Part shown: one piece after another, positions 14,429-22,707 of the stretch | Layout of the letters: each line of letters opens with the position of its first letter | Position numbering within the stretch: position 1 is the stretch's first letter | NCBI GenBank assembly: GCA_049286905.1 | Contig: JBAQEU010000035.1 | Location: 1-59,500, forward strand | Source of the DNA: Minisyncoccia bacterium | Lineage (GTDB): Bacteria > Patescibacteriota > Minisyncoccia > Phycocordibacterales > Phycocordibacteraceae | DNA length: 59,500 nt | Direction: 5' to 3' | Program-made: the position numbers and the translations under genes | The notes under the pieces: generated by a model | What the model was told of the DNA's origin: nothing | The model's input: only the letters and a program-made list of their open reading frames with translations | Databases searched by the model: none

Positions 14429-14803
14429 TTATGCTTTAACCACGAGATTCTTCATGCGGGGTGCGCGCAAACGGTTGCGCGGAATCATGCCGTCAACGGT
14501 TTTCTTCACGACCTCTTCGATGCCCTTCTTCGTAATCATCTCTTCCATGGTCATCTCGCGGAGACCGTCTGGGTAGCCGGTGTAGCGGGTGTACACCTTG
14601 CCTTTCGTGCGGGTGCTCGGGAGGTGCATCTTGCTCGCATTCTCGACGACGACCGTCATCGGAATCGCCATGTTCTTGGTGAAGTGCACGGAGAGCTTAC
14701 CCAAGAGGGCGTGTGCGGCCTCGCTCGCGACGCGTCCGAGCGTGCGATCGGTCGCATTGATCGTGTGCGTTACTGCCTCTGGTTTGATAATACGTGTGGT
14801 CAT
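14429..14803 (-). CDS. rplM: 50S ribosomal protein L13
   Basis: 124 aa containing ATDRTLGRVASEAAHALLGK. It sits directly upstream of rpsI, as in the conserved rplM-rpsI pair. Confidence 0.9.
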   Translation of the reverse strand: MTTRIIKPEAVTHTINATDRTLGRVASEAAHALLGKLSVHFTKNMAIPMTVVVENASKMHLPSTRTKGKVYTRYTGYPDGLREMTMEEMITKKGIEEVVKKTVDGMIPRNRLRAPRMKNLVVKA

Positions 14804-14820
14804 GGAATAGGTAATGAATA

Positions 14821-15174
14821 CTAGACAAATGCGATATACGCAAGCTTGCGGGCGTCGTTAGAGCCGCGGAGCGTACGCTTCACGATGCGGGTGTAGCCAC
14901 CGGCACGGTCTGCATAGCGCGGGCCGATAGACTCGAAGAGCTTCTTCACTGCTTCGTCATCGCCGAGGCGAGCCTTGGTGAGGCGGCGGCTCGCGAGAGT
15001 ACCCGTCTTCGCATGGGTGACGAGGCGCTCGATGAGCGGGCGAAGCGCTTTGGCCTTGGCCTCAGTGGTCGAGATGCGCTCCTCGAGGACGAGTGATCGC
15101 GCAAGCGACTTCATGAGCGCGGCGCGAGGGCCTGCCTTTCGTGCGAACGTCTGTGCTTTTTTAGTAAACGCCAT
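14821..15174 (-). CDS. rplQ: 50S ribosomal protein L17
   Basis: 117 aa with SLARSLVLEERISTTEAKAKALRPLIERLVT and GGYTRI. It follows rpoA. Confidence 0.93.
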   Translation of the reverse strand: MAFTKKAQTFARKAGPRAALMKSLARSLVLEERISTTEAKAKALRPLIERLVTHAKTGTLASRRLTKARLGDDEAVKKLFESIGPRYADRAGGYTRIVKRTLRGSNDARKLAYIAFV

Positions 15175-15179
15175 ATGAA

Positions 15180-16130
15180 TTATTCGCCTTTAAGCGTGAG
15201 CCCGAAGCTCGCGAGTGCTCCTGATATCTCCTCGATTGCCTTCTCGCCGATGCCGTCGATCTCCTTGAGCGCGGTTGCGGTCTTGCGGGCAAGGCCTGCG
15301 GCGCTCTTGATGCCCGCCTCCTCGAGCGCACCCTGGATGCGCGCGGAGAGCTCGAGCTCGGAAATCTTCACCTTTGCGGCGTCGATGTCGCCGACCTCCT
15401 TTGCAGAAGCGGTAGGCATGTCGCCATGCGAGACAGTCTCAGACTCCTGGAAGCCGATAATGGCCTTCAGCTGGTGAATCATCGTCTCAATGGACTGCTC
15501 GAGCGCCTGGCGCGGCGAAACAGTACCGTTGGTCTCGATGAGGATGCGCAGGCGGTTGAAGTCGGTGCGGTCGCCAACGCGCATGTTCTCTACCTCGTAG
15601 TTCACACGGCGAATCGGGGTGAAGGTCGCATCAAGTGCGATAGTACCGATGTCTACTTTGTCCTTGGTGAGGACTTCGCGAGGAACGTAGCCGAGGCCGC
15701 GCTCGATAGTAGCCTCGATTTCGATGACCGACTTGCCCGAGAGGTCAGCGAGGTGCTGTTCTGGGTTCTTGATCTCAACCTGGCTTGGGAGGTTGAAGTT
15801 CTTTGCAGTAACTTCTCCGGCGCCCTTGAAGGAGAGCGAAATGGTCTGTGGCTCATCGCCGTGAAGCACGAAGTGTACGCGCTTGAGGTTGAGGAGAATC
15901 TCCATGACGGTCTCGCGAGAGCCCTCGATGGTAGCGAACTCGTGCGGCACGCCGTCAATCTTCACCTGAGTGATAGCGGCGCCCGGGAGGGACGAGAGGA
16001 TGATGCGGCGAAGCGAGTTGCCGAGGGTGTGACCGTAGCCCGGATAGAGCGAGTCTATTTCATAAACGCCCTGCATGCCTTCTTCAGACACGATTCGGGG
16101 CTTACTCGGAAGTGTGATGTGGTATTCCAT
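15180..16130 (-). CDS. rpoA: DNA-directed RNA polymerase subunit alpha
   Basis: 316 aa with GYGHTLGNSLRRILLSS-type N-terminal domain motifs and a C-terminal helix-hairpin-helix domain (LELSARIQGALEEAGI). Confidence 0.96.
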   Translation of the reverse strand: MEYHITLPSKPRIVSEEGMQGVYEIDSLYPGYGHTLGNSLRRIILSSLPGAAITQVKIDGVPHEFATIEGSRETVMEILLNLKRVHFVLHGDEPQTISLSFKGAGEVTAKNFNLPSQVEIKNPEQHLADLSGKSVIEIEATIERGLGYVPREVLTKDKVDIGTIALDATFTPIRRVNYEVENMRVGDRTDFNRLRILIETNGTVSPRQALEQSIETMIHQLKAIIGFQESETVSHGDMPTASAKEVGDIDAAKVKISELELSARIQGALEEAGIKSAAGLARKTATALKEIDGIGEKAIEEISGALASFGLTLKGE

Positions 16131-16159
16131 AACGCAATCGTAATTACCAATTAAATAAT

Positions 16160-16771
16160 CTATCTCGTGTAGAACGAGAGCACCGCGGCGAGGTCGCCAG
16201 CGACATCGGCCGAGGCCGTGGTCGGGCGCTCAGTGATGCTCCCTTCCATCGACTTCGGATTCCACGAGAGCCACGACGGAAGCTTGCGATCCATGAAGCG
16301 CTCGCTGAAGCCGACGAGGCTACCGTGCTCTTTCGAGCCCTCGCGCACGCTGATCTTCTCGCCCACCGAGAGCATCTGCGATGGGACGCGGCTCTTCTTG
16401 GCGCCGACCATCACGTGGCCGTGGGCCACCATCTGGCGAGCGGCGCGGCGGGTCGATGCGAGGCCGAGGCGCCATACGACGTTGTCGAGGCGCATCTCGA
16501 GGAGCTCATGGAGGCGGTCGGTCGGCTTGGTGCTGTGCACCGCGAGAGATTTCTTCACGTAGGAGCTGAACTGGCGCTCAGTGATGCCGTAGGTGACGCG
16601 CACTTTCTGCTTCTCGAGCATCTGCTTGCCGTACTCGCTCTGGCGGCCGCGTCCGCGCTTCTTGTTCTTGGCGGTGCGCTCAGCAGAAATAGCAAACTTC
16701 TGCGTTTGCGCTTTCTCGAAGACAGTCGCGCCGAGGCGCTTCGCTATTTTGTATCGTGGGCCAGTGATCAT
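16160..16771 (-). CDS. rpsD: 30S ribosomal protein S4
   Basis: 203 aa containing an S4 RNA-binding domain (RLDNVVWRLGLASTRRAARQMVAHGHVMV). Confidence 0.95.
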   Translation of the reverse strand: MITGPRYKIAKRLGATVFEKAQTQKFAISAERTAKNKKRGRGRQSEYGKQMLEKQKVRVTYGITERQFSSYVKKSLAVHSTKPTDRLHELLEMRLDNVVWRLGLASTRRAARQMVAHGHVMVGAKKSRVPSQMLSVGEKISVREGSKEHGSLVGFSERFMDRKLPSWLSWNPKSMEGSITERPTTASADVAGDLAAVLSFYTR

Positions 16772-16786
16772 ATGGTTATTAAAATA

Positions 16787-17221
16787 TTAGATGCGACGAG
16801 CTTTTGGCGGACGAGGACCGTTGTGCGGCACCGGAGTCGCGTCCTTGATGGAACGGATCTGGATGCCCTTGCCGGAGAAGGCGCGGAGCACCGACTCGCG
16901 ACCAGCACCGACACCGCGGATGATGACCGACGCCTCCTTGAGACCGATCATCATGCCCTTCTCGCCGAGGAACTCACCGACCTTCGCGGCGGCATACGGC
17001 GTGGACTTGCGAGCGCCAGCGAAGCCGAGTGCGCCAGCAGACGACGAGATGACTGCATTGCCCTTCTCGTCGGTAATGATGGCCTTGGTATTGTTGAAAG
17101 TCGCCTCGATGTGCAGGATGCCTTTCTCGAGGTGGCGCTTCGTGACTTTCGACATGGCGCGTTCCTTCCGGCCCTGGTCCATGCCTCGTCCGCTTTTCTT
17201 GATGATACGTTTCTTTCCCAT
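16787..17221 (-). CDS. rpsK: 30S ribosomal protein S11
   Basis: 144 aa with GILHIEATFNNT and PHNGPRPPKARR. Confidence 0.95.
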   Translation of the reverse strand: MGKKRIIKKSGRGMDQGRKERAMSKVTKRHLEKGILHIEATFNNTKAIITDEKGNAVISSSAGALGFAGARKSTPYAAAKVGEFLGEKGMMIGLKEASVIIRGVGAGRESVLRAFSGKGIQIRSIKDATPVPHNGPRPPKARRI

Positions 17222-17238
17222 AGGTAATCAGTAGTAAA

Positions 17239-17619
17239 TTAGGTCTTCTCGAGCGTACGGCGACCAGAGGTCATCGTCTTGCGCACGTTGCCACGGCGCG
17301 TACGCGAGTTCGTCTTCGTGCGCTGTCCGCGTACTGGAAGACCCTTCGCGTGACGATCGCCGCGAATCGAACGGATGTCCTTCAATCGCTTGATGTTGTT
17401 GCCGATCTCGCGGCGAAGCTCGCCTTCGATGAGGTACGCCTCTGAGAGGGAGCGAATCTTCTGCTCCTCTTCAGCCGTGAGCTCACTGCCCTTCTTGGTC
17501 TCCGGAATGCCCGCAGTCTTCAGGATGTCTTTGGCGCGGGTGCGGCCAATACCGAAAATGATCGGGAGTGAGTACCCGAGTTGCTTGTTATCTGGAATGG
17601 TGACGCCGGCGATACGCAT
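17239..17619 (-). CDS. rpsM: 30S ribosomal protein S13
   Basis: 126 aa with MRIAGVTIP and RGQRTKTNSRTRRG. Confidence 0.95.
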   Translation of the reverse strand: MRIAGVTIPDNKQLGYSLPIIFGIGRTRAKDILKTAGIPETKKGSELTAEEEQKIRSLSEAYLIEGELRREIGNNIKRLKDIRSIRGDRHAKGLPVRGQRTKTNSRTRRGNVRKTMTSGRRTLEKT

Positions 17620-17628
17620 ATGAAAATA

Positions 17629-17745
17629 TTATCCCTGACGCGCCTTGCGACGAGGGTTCTTCTTGTTAATACGATAAAGGCGCCCGCCTCGTCTTACGAG
17701 CTGGTCTCCTGGTTGCTGGACTCTGATCGAGGCACGAACTTTCAT
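17629..17745 (-). CDS. rpmJ: 50S ribosomal protein L36 (Cys-free form)
   Basis: Read by eye and too short for the ORF track: [38 protein letters not shown]. It sits between infA and rpsM as expected. The usual CxxC...CxxxH zinc ligands are absent. Confidence 0.85.
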   Translation of the reverse strand: MKVRASIRVQQPGDQLVRRGGRLYRINKKNPRRKARQG

Positions 17746-17766
17746 CGTAGATGTCGGGAATTATAA

Positions 17767-18006
17767 TTACGTTAATCGGCGCACGATCCTCGCTCGACCC
17801 CCGTAGGGATCAAGCACCATATCTACCTGATCACCCATCAGGACGCGGATACGATGCAAGCGCATCTTGCCTGCTAGATAAGCGAGCAAAAGCTCGCCCT
17901 CACCCCCCTCCTCTTTTGGGGAAAGGCGAACACGAAAAAGTGAGTTGGGCAACACCTCTTCAACGGTTCCGACCGTTGTCGATTTGGTTTCTTCGCCGTC
18001 GCTCAT
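17767..18006 (-). CDS. infA: translation initiation factor IF-1
   Basis: 79 aa with an S1-like fold signature ([14 protein letters not shown]...[16 protein letters not shown]). It carries a ~7-aa acidic/Gly insertion (KEEGGEGE). Confidence 0.9.
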   Translation of the reverse strand: MSDGEETKSTTVGTVEEVLPNSLFRVRLSPKEEGGEGELLLAYLAGKMRLHRIRVLMGDQVDMVLDPYGGRARIVRRLT

Positions 18007-18076
18007 TTACTCATTCGTTTATCCATGCAGATACCTAGACAATCTAGCAGGTGTCTTAGGAATCGTCAAATAGGGA

Positions 18077-19291
18077 CTAGGGATTAGCCACCGTCACGGT
18101 GATGGTGGAAGGGTCCTGGGGGAACATCTGGCGCCAGAACGGGCGCAGAATGATGATAGCCCGCTTGACTTCTGGGTAATTCGTCAGTGCTACTTGAGCC
18201 GCCGAGCGAGTCTTCCCCGCCACTGCCGCCGCAATGCGGGTAGGGTCTACCACGTACCCGAGCGAAGCTGTCCCGGCGAGCGTGAAGGAGAACGAAGAAG
18301 CATCAACGTCAGGGAGACCTGTCGAGGAAAGCTTTAGACTGCTTGCGGGCAGGAGCGAAATCGGTTCGCCCTGGTAGCCGAGCCCTGCAACCGAGGTCGC
18401 AACCGCTTCGGCGAGAGCGGTGTTCGGGAACACGATTGCCGTGATAGTGCCCTGCTCTTTTACGTCCACCTGACCGGTCGTAGAGGAAGGTACCGGAGAG
18501 AGGTTTTCAAATGTCGTCGTTGCGGCGCCGGGGAGGAGGATGTATCCGGCAGGGATCTGAGCCTCAAGCGCGGCGTCAAGCTCAGGCGCGAGCGCACTGA
18601 TGAGCGCCATGCGTGCCTGCTCTTCGACGGCAGCTTCTATGACCGGTATCGTGCCTGACGCGCCGCCGGTCATAGCCGCAGACGAGCGTGCGTACACCTG
18701 GCTCGCTTGCGGCGTACCTGCGAACCCGGGGATGGTGAAGGACGTCGCGGCGACGTTATACGAATCACCCGACTTGTCGGCATAGACGGTCACTTTGGTG
18801 CTCCCCGGCTTATCACTTGTGCCGGCAGGGATAGTTACCGCCTGGTGAGTACGGAAGATGAGTCCAGCGGTCGTCGCGAAGCGGGTATTCGTGATGAGTT
18901 TCTGAGCTTTCGACTGGGTATTGTAGATAGTGATAGGACCAGACGCAGACGAGCTGACGGTCTTTGTACCGCTCCCCTTCACGCCCTGAGAAGCGATCTT
19001 CTGAGCAGTGATGATTTCGTAGGGCAGGTCGCCCGTGCTCTTAGTTGCAGTGAATGAGCTCTGGACTGCCGCCGAGACGGTCGCCGGAGTGATGTCGACT
19101 TTTGCGCTTGAGAAATAGTAGAGCGCGCCGAGAGATGCGGCGACTACAAGCAGTACGGCAAAAAGCGTTTTGTGGGGGAATTTCGGGGGGCGTTCGGAGT
19201 AACGCGGAGAGTTCTGATAAGAGGATTCGTTAGTAAGAGGTTCTGCCTCACGGCGCCGAGACGGCGGGATAATGTCATTAATTTTACGCAT
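18077..19291 (-). CDS. membrane-anchored extracytoplasmic protein, unknown function
   Basis: 404 aa with a basic N-terminus, one TM (LFAVLLVVAASLGALYYF), and then a Ser/Thr/Ala-rich beta-like domain. Confidence 0.65.
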   Translation of the reverse strand: MRKINDIIPPSRRREAEPLTNESSYQNSPRYSERPPKFPHKTLFAVLLVVAASLGALYYFSSAKVDITPATVSAAVQSSFTATKSTGDLPYEIITAQKIASQGVKGSGTKTVSSSASGPITIYNTQSKAQKLITNTRFATTAGLIFRTHQAVTIPAGTSDKPGSTKVTVYADKSGDSYNVAATSFTIPGFAGTPQASQVYARSSAAMTGGASGTIPVIEAAVEEQARMALISALAPELDAALEAQIPAGYILLPGAATTTFENLSPVPSSTTGQVDVKEQGTITAIVFPNTALAEAVATSVAGLGYQGEPISLLPASSLKLSSTGLPDVDASSFSFTLAGTASLGYVVDPTRIAAAVAGKTRSAAQVALTNYPEVKRAIIILRPFWRQMFPQDPSTITVTVANP

Positions 19292-19297
19292 GGGTGG

Positions 19298-19306
19298 AGT
19301 ATACCA
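19298..19306 (-). promoter_or_regulatory. extended -10 TGGTATACT, 6 nt upstream of ATG 19291
   Basis: The minus strand reads TGGTATACTccacccATG. Confidence 0.5.
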
Positions 19307-19339
19307 CTCTCAAAATCTTCCCACTGCCGGCTGTGTGCA

Positions 19340-20398
19340 TTACGAAGCCTCCTTGGCAGGAGTACGGTGGCGGTTCTGGAAATACAGAGCCATAAGGAGG
19401 AGCACGATGTCGGGCGGATTGGTAGACAACTGTCGTATCGACACGCCGAGGGAGCTTCGCAGGACGGAGACGATCTTCGGCGGATTATCAGACAGCCAGA
19501 GCGGACCGAAGTTCGCCGTGTCGAGCACCCCTTTGAACGAGTCTATTTCGGGTTCTCGCGCAAGCAGGAAAATAGTCCGTGGAAGCGGATAGCGCTCTGC
19601 AATCTTCGTGAGCTCGCTTGCGACGGCTTTTGCCCACACTTCTTTGTCGGAAGGGATTTCTATCTGATCGAGAGAAACGAAAGTTCCTCGGCGCACGAGA
19701 GAGATAGCGAGGAGCGCACCGCCGGTCGCGTCGAGGATAATCGAATCATGTTCGTGCGGAAATGCTTCGTGAATTGCCTGATAGCGAAGTGAGCTCCCTG
19801 CAATCGGGAGAATCTCTTTTGTATGATACAAACCCCGAAGCGTGGAGATGATGTTGTCGGCGACTTCTCGTTCGATAAACGATGTCATGACGATGACCGA
19901 AGCCCGGCGTACTGAGTTGCCGTATGGGTTACGCGTCTCGTACCCGTTTAGAATCGTACCGATGATGCTTTCGTCAACAATCATCTTTTCTCCGGGTTCG
20001 CCCGAGGTCTCGGCAAGCTTCTTATCAACGAGGGCTTTTGTGAAGATGAAGGGGTCTGCAGATTCAAAATGCTCTTTGCGCACTTTGGTCTCCTGCCAGG
20101 GAGCATCTATCGAAACGAGAATAGTATCGGCGCTTCCGCTCCCGGTCGTACGAGCGAGCGCGGGCACGCCCTCGCGGATGAGGTCGTTGCCGAGCACGGT
20201 CAGTGCGCGGAGCATCGCGCGCTCACGCGGTTCGTCGGGGCGGACTTCTATCGGGAGGCGTCGAGTGTAGAGGATTGCCGGAGATTCAGTATTTTCGTAG
20301 CGCACATACGCACCCGCGACGCTTTCAGCGCCGATATCAATTACTACGACTGATTCCCCGCTCTTTTTCTTGTGAAGAAAATTCTCAAAGAAACTCAT
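19340..20398 (-). CDS. hypothetical protein, possibly an actin-like ATPase fold (PilM/FtsA-like N-terminus)
   Basis: 352 aa. VVVIDIGAESVAGAYV resembles the phosphate-1 motif of ASKHA ATPases. The rest is unrecognised. Confidence 0.5.
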   Translation of the reverse strand: MSFFENFLHKKKSGESVVVIDIGAESVAGAYVRYENTESPAILYTRRLPIEVRPDEPRERAMLRALTVLGNDLIREGVPALARTTGSGSADTILVSIDAPWQETKVRKEHFESADPFIFTKALVDKKLAETSGEPGEKMIVDESIIGTILNGYETRNPYGNSVRRASVIVMTSFIEREVADNIISTLRGLYHTKEILPIAGSSLRYQAIHEAFPHEHDSIILDATGGALLAISLVRRGTFVSLDQIEIPSDKEVWAKAVASELTKIAERYPLPRTIFLLAREPEIDSFKGVLDTANFGPLWLSDNPPKIVSVLRSSLGVSIRQLSTNPPDIVLLLMALYFQNRHRTPAKEAS

Positions 20399-20402
20399 TC
20401 AC

Positions 20403-22289
20403 TTATTCTAACACTGCTTTGATGCGACGAACGCCAGCGGATGATGCTTCTTCTTTCAGAATCTTAAATGTGCCAGTGAGCTCGCTCGTATTGCTCACGT
20501 GCGGACCGCCACAGAACTCTATCGAGAATGCTGAGGAGAACTTCGGGTCTTCAGGGGTCGCGTCTTTCGGCCCTATCGAATACACCGTTACTTGGCCAGG
20601 GTAGTTCGCACCGAATTCATGCTCGGCACCGAGCTTCTCGGCATCTTCTTTATTCATAACGGTGCGCATGACCGGGAGTGCCTCTGCAATCTTCTCGTTT
20701 ACAATCTTTACCACCTCAGCGAGCTGTTCAGGAGTCGTTTTAGTGCCATAGGCGAAGTCGAGGCGCAAACGCTCAGTGGTGATATTACTCCCGCGCTGGT
20801 GCACCTCGGGGCCAAGCACCATCTGGAGCGCCTTGAGGAGTAGGTGGTGGGTGGTGTGGTAGCGGATGGTCTGCTCAGCATGATCAGCGAGGCCGCCTGC
20901 GAACTTCTGCGCCGCACCCGCGCGCGAGAGCGCCTGGTGCTCTGCCATCTTCGCCTTCACATCTGTCATATCGAGCGTGATGCCGCGTTCTTTTGCTATC
21001 TCTTCAGTGAGCTCCACTGGGAAGCCATAGGTCGTGAAGAGCATGAATGCGTCAACGTCGCTTCCCATCTTCTCAAGCTCGCGGAGCCCCGCGGAAAGCG
21101 TCTTGCGGAACTGCTCCTCTTCGTCGGCGATGACTTTCTCGATAGCGGCTATCTTCTGCTTTATTTCCGGATACGCGTCTTTATACATTTCTGCGACCGG
21201 CTCGACGATACCTGCAAAGGAACTCTGCTTGATGCCGAGCGTGTCAGCGTGCTGGACACTGCGACGAATAAGTCTGCGGACGAAATATCCCTGGTCGCTC
21301 TTCGCCGGGTATACGCCGTCGGCTATCAGGAAGACCGCGGCCTTCATGTGGTCGGCCACAATGCGGAACGAACGTATCTCCTCCTTATTCTCGCCGTACT
21401 TCTTGCCCGAGAGCTGTTCCAGGCGGTCGAGAATGGGGCGATGACAGACGGCAATGATGTCGGGACTATTGGTTGCGGCCATCGTGATGCGCTCGAGCCC
21501 GCCCCCGAAGTCCACGTTCTGCTTCGGAAGCAGTCCGAACGTGCCGTCAGCTTGCTTTATGTACTGCATGAAGACCGAGTTACCGATCTCGAGGAAGCGG
21601 CCGCAGTCGCAGTTTGGGTGGCAGTGCTTGCCGAACTTCTCGTCGTGCACGACGTCAGTGAATTCATAAAAGATTTCTGAGTCTGGGCCGCCCGGCTCCC
21701 CTGCCGGCATCTTGTCTGGCGTACCGGCGCGGCTCCACCAGTTCTTGCGAGCTTCGTAGTAGAAAATGCGCTCGCCTTCTTTCATGCCGCGCTCGTAGCC
21801 GTCGGCTTCTGAGCCGATGACTGCCGCTTCGGCCGTGATACCCTTCTCGCTAAAGAGTCTTTTCCATATCTCTACCGACTCAGTGTCGCGTGGGAGATTG
21901 TTCTTTTCATCGCCAAGAAACGCAGTGACGTAGATCCGCTTCGGGTCGAGCTTGATGTCGGTAGTGAGGAATTCAAACACCCACGGAAGCTGTTCCTGCT
22001 TGAAGTAGTCGCCAAGCGACCAGTTGCCGAGCATCTCAAAGAGCGTCGTGTGGCGGTTGTCGCCCACTTCTTCGATGTCGTCTGAGCGGAACGCCTTCTG
22101 GGAGTCGGTAATGCGCGTGCCCTCGGGGTGGTCCTCGCCGAGCAGGTACGGGATCATCGGTTGCATGCCGGAGCCGGTGAAAAGGGTCGTTGGGTCGTTC
22201 TGCGGCACGAGCGAAGACGACGGAATAATGGCGTGCCCGCGTGCCTTGTAAAAAGCGAGGTACGCACTGCGAATCTCGTTCGGGGTCAT
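20403..22289 (-). CDS. alaS: alanyl-tRNA synthetase, short form without a C-Ala domain
   Basis: Catalytic core (FTGSGMQP, FEMLGNWS, DFGGGLERI) and editing-domain motifs (HTTHHLL, CGGPHV). Start set at ATG 22289 (MTPNEIRSAYLAFYKARGH); the track start is 22307. Confidence 0.93.
   Translation of the reverse strand: MTPNEIRSAYLAFYKARGHAIIPSSSLVPQNDPTTLFTGSGMQPMIPYLLGEDHPEGTRITDSQKAFRSDDIEEVGDNRHTTLFEMLGNWSLGDYFKQEQLPWVFEFLTTDIKLDPKRIYVTAFLGDEKNNLPRDTESVEIWKRLFSEKGITAEAAVIGSEADGYERGMKEGERIFYYEARKNWWSRAGTPDKMPAGEPGGPDSEIFYEFTDVVHDEKFGKHCHPNCDCGRFLEIGNSVFMQYIKQADGTFGLLPKQNVDFGGGLERITMAATNSPDIIAVCHRPILDRLEQLSGKKYGENKEEIRSFRIVADHMKAAVFLIADGVYPAKSDQGYFVRRLIRRSVQHADTLGIKQSSFAGIVEPVAEMYKDAYPEIKQKIAAIEKVIADEEEQFRKTLSAGLRELEKMGSDVDAFMLFTTYGFPVELTEEIAKERGITLDMTDVKAKMAEHQALSRAGAAQKFAGGLADHAEQTIRYHTTHHLLLKALQMVLGPEVHQRGSNITTERLRLDFAYGTKTTPEQLAEVVKIVNEKIAEALPVMRTVMNKEDAEKLGAEHEFGANYPGQVTVYSIGPKDATPEDPKFSSAFSIEFCGGPHVSNTSELTGTFKILKEEASSAGVRRIKAVLE
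20405..20410 (-). promoter_or_regulatory. -10 box TAGAAT, 6 nt upstream of ATG 20398
   Basis: The minus strand reads TTAGAATaagtgaATG. It overlaps the alaS stop region. Confidence 0.4.
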
Positions 22290-22322
22290 ATGGAGAAAAG
22301 ATAGCATGACTCTCGGCTGTAT

Positions 22323-22353
22323 AAAAACGAAAACCGCCCGGTATATTGGGCGG
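22323..22353 (-). terminator. intrinsic terminator after the 64-aa gene
   Basis: CCGCCC-ggtatatt-GGGCGG stem with a T-rich run on the minus strand. Confidence 0.55.
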
Positions 22354-22372
22354 CCTGGTTTCGCACCGACTG

Positions 22373-22567
22373 CTACTGCCGGCGGAGAAGGGCGTCTACG
22401 ATTTGCACGGAATCCGTTTCGTCGAGCGCTTTTTGAAGCAACGTTGCGGCTATTCTAGCCGCTGCCTCGGAACTATAAACACTCACGGGTTTCTGTGCCT
22501 GGATTCCTATCCGATAAGCATTAGCTGCCATTATTTCCAGTTCCTCGTAAGTTAAGGGTCTTGCCAC
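22373..22567 (-). CDS. small hypothetical protein (64 aa)
   Basis: GTG start preceded by SD AAGGAGA at 6 nt, with its own terminator. Helical, Ala-rich, no motif recognised. Confidence 0.5.
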   Translation of the reverse strand: MARPLTYEELEIMAANAYRIGIQAQKPVSVYSSEAAARIAATLLQKALDETDSVQIVDALLRRQ

Positions 22568-22693
22568 GATTTTCTCCTTTTGGTGGGTTGTCCTACAGAA
22601 GTCCGAATGATTCGGTCTGTGTGGTTTATATAGTTATTGGACGGGTGTGTCAACTCGCTCGTAGTGCTTAATTTCCCAGAAGATAGCAGGCGG

Positions 22694-22699
22694 TATATT
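22694..22699 (+). promoter_or_regulatory. -10 box TATATT, 8 nt upstream of the M13 peptidase ATG
   Basis: The plus strand reads GGTATATTattcgaacATG. Confidence 0.4.
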
Positions 22700-22707
22700 A
22701 TTCGAAC

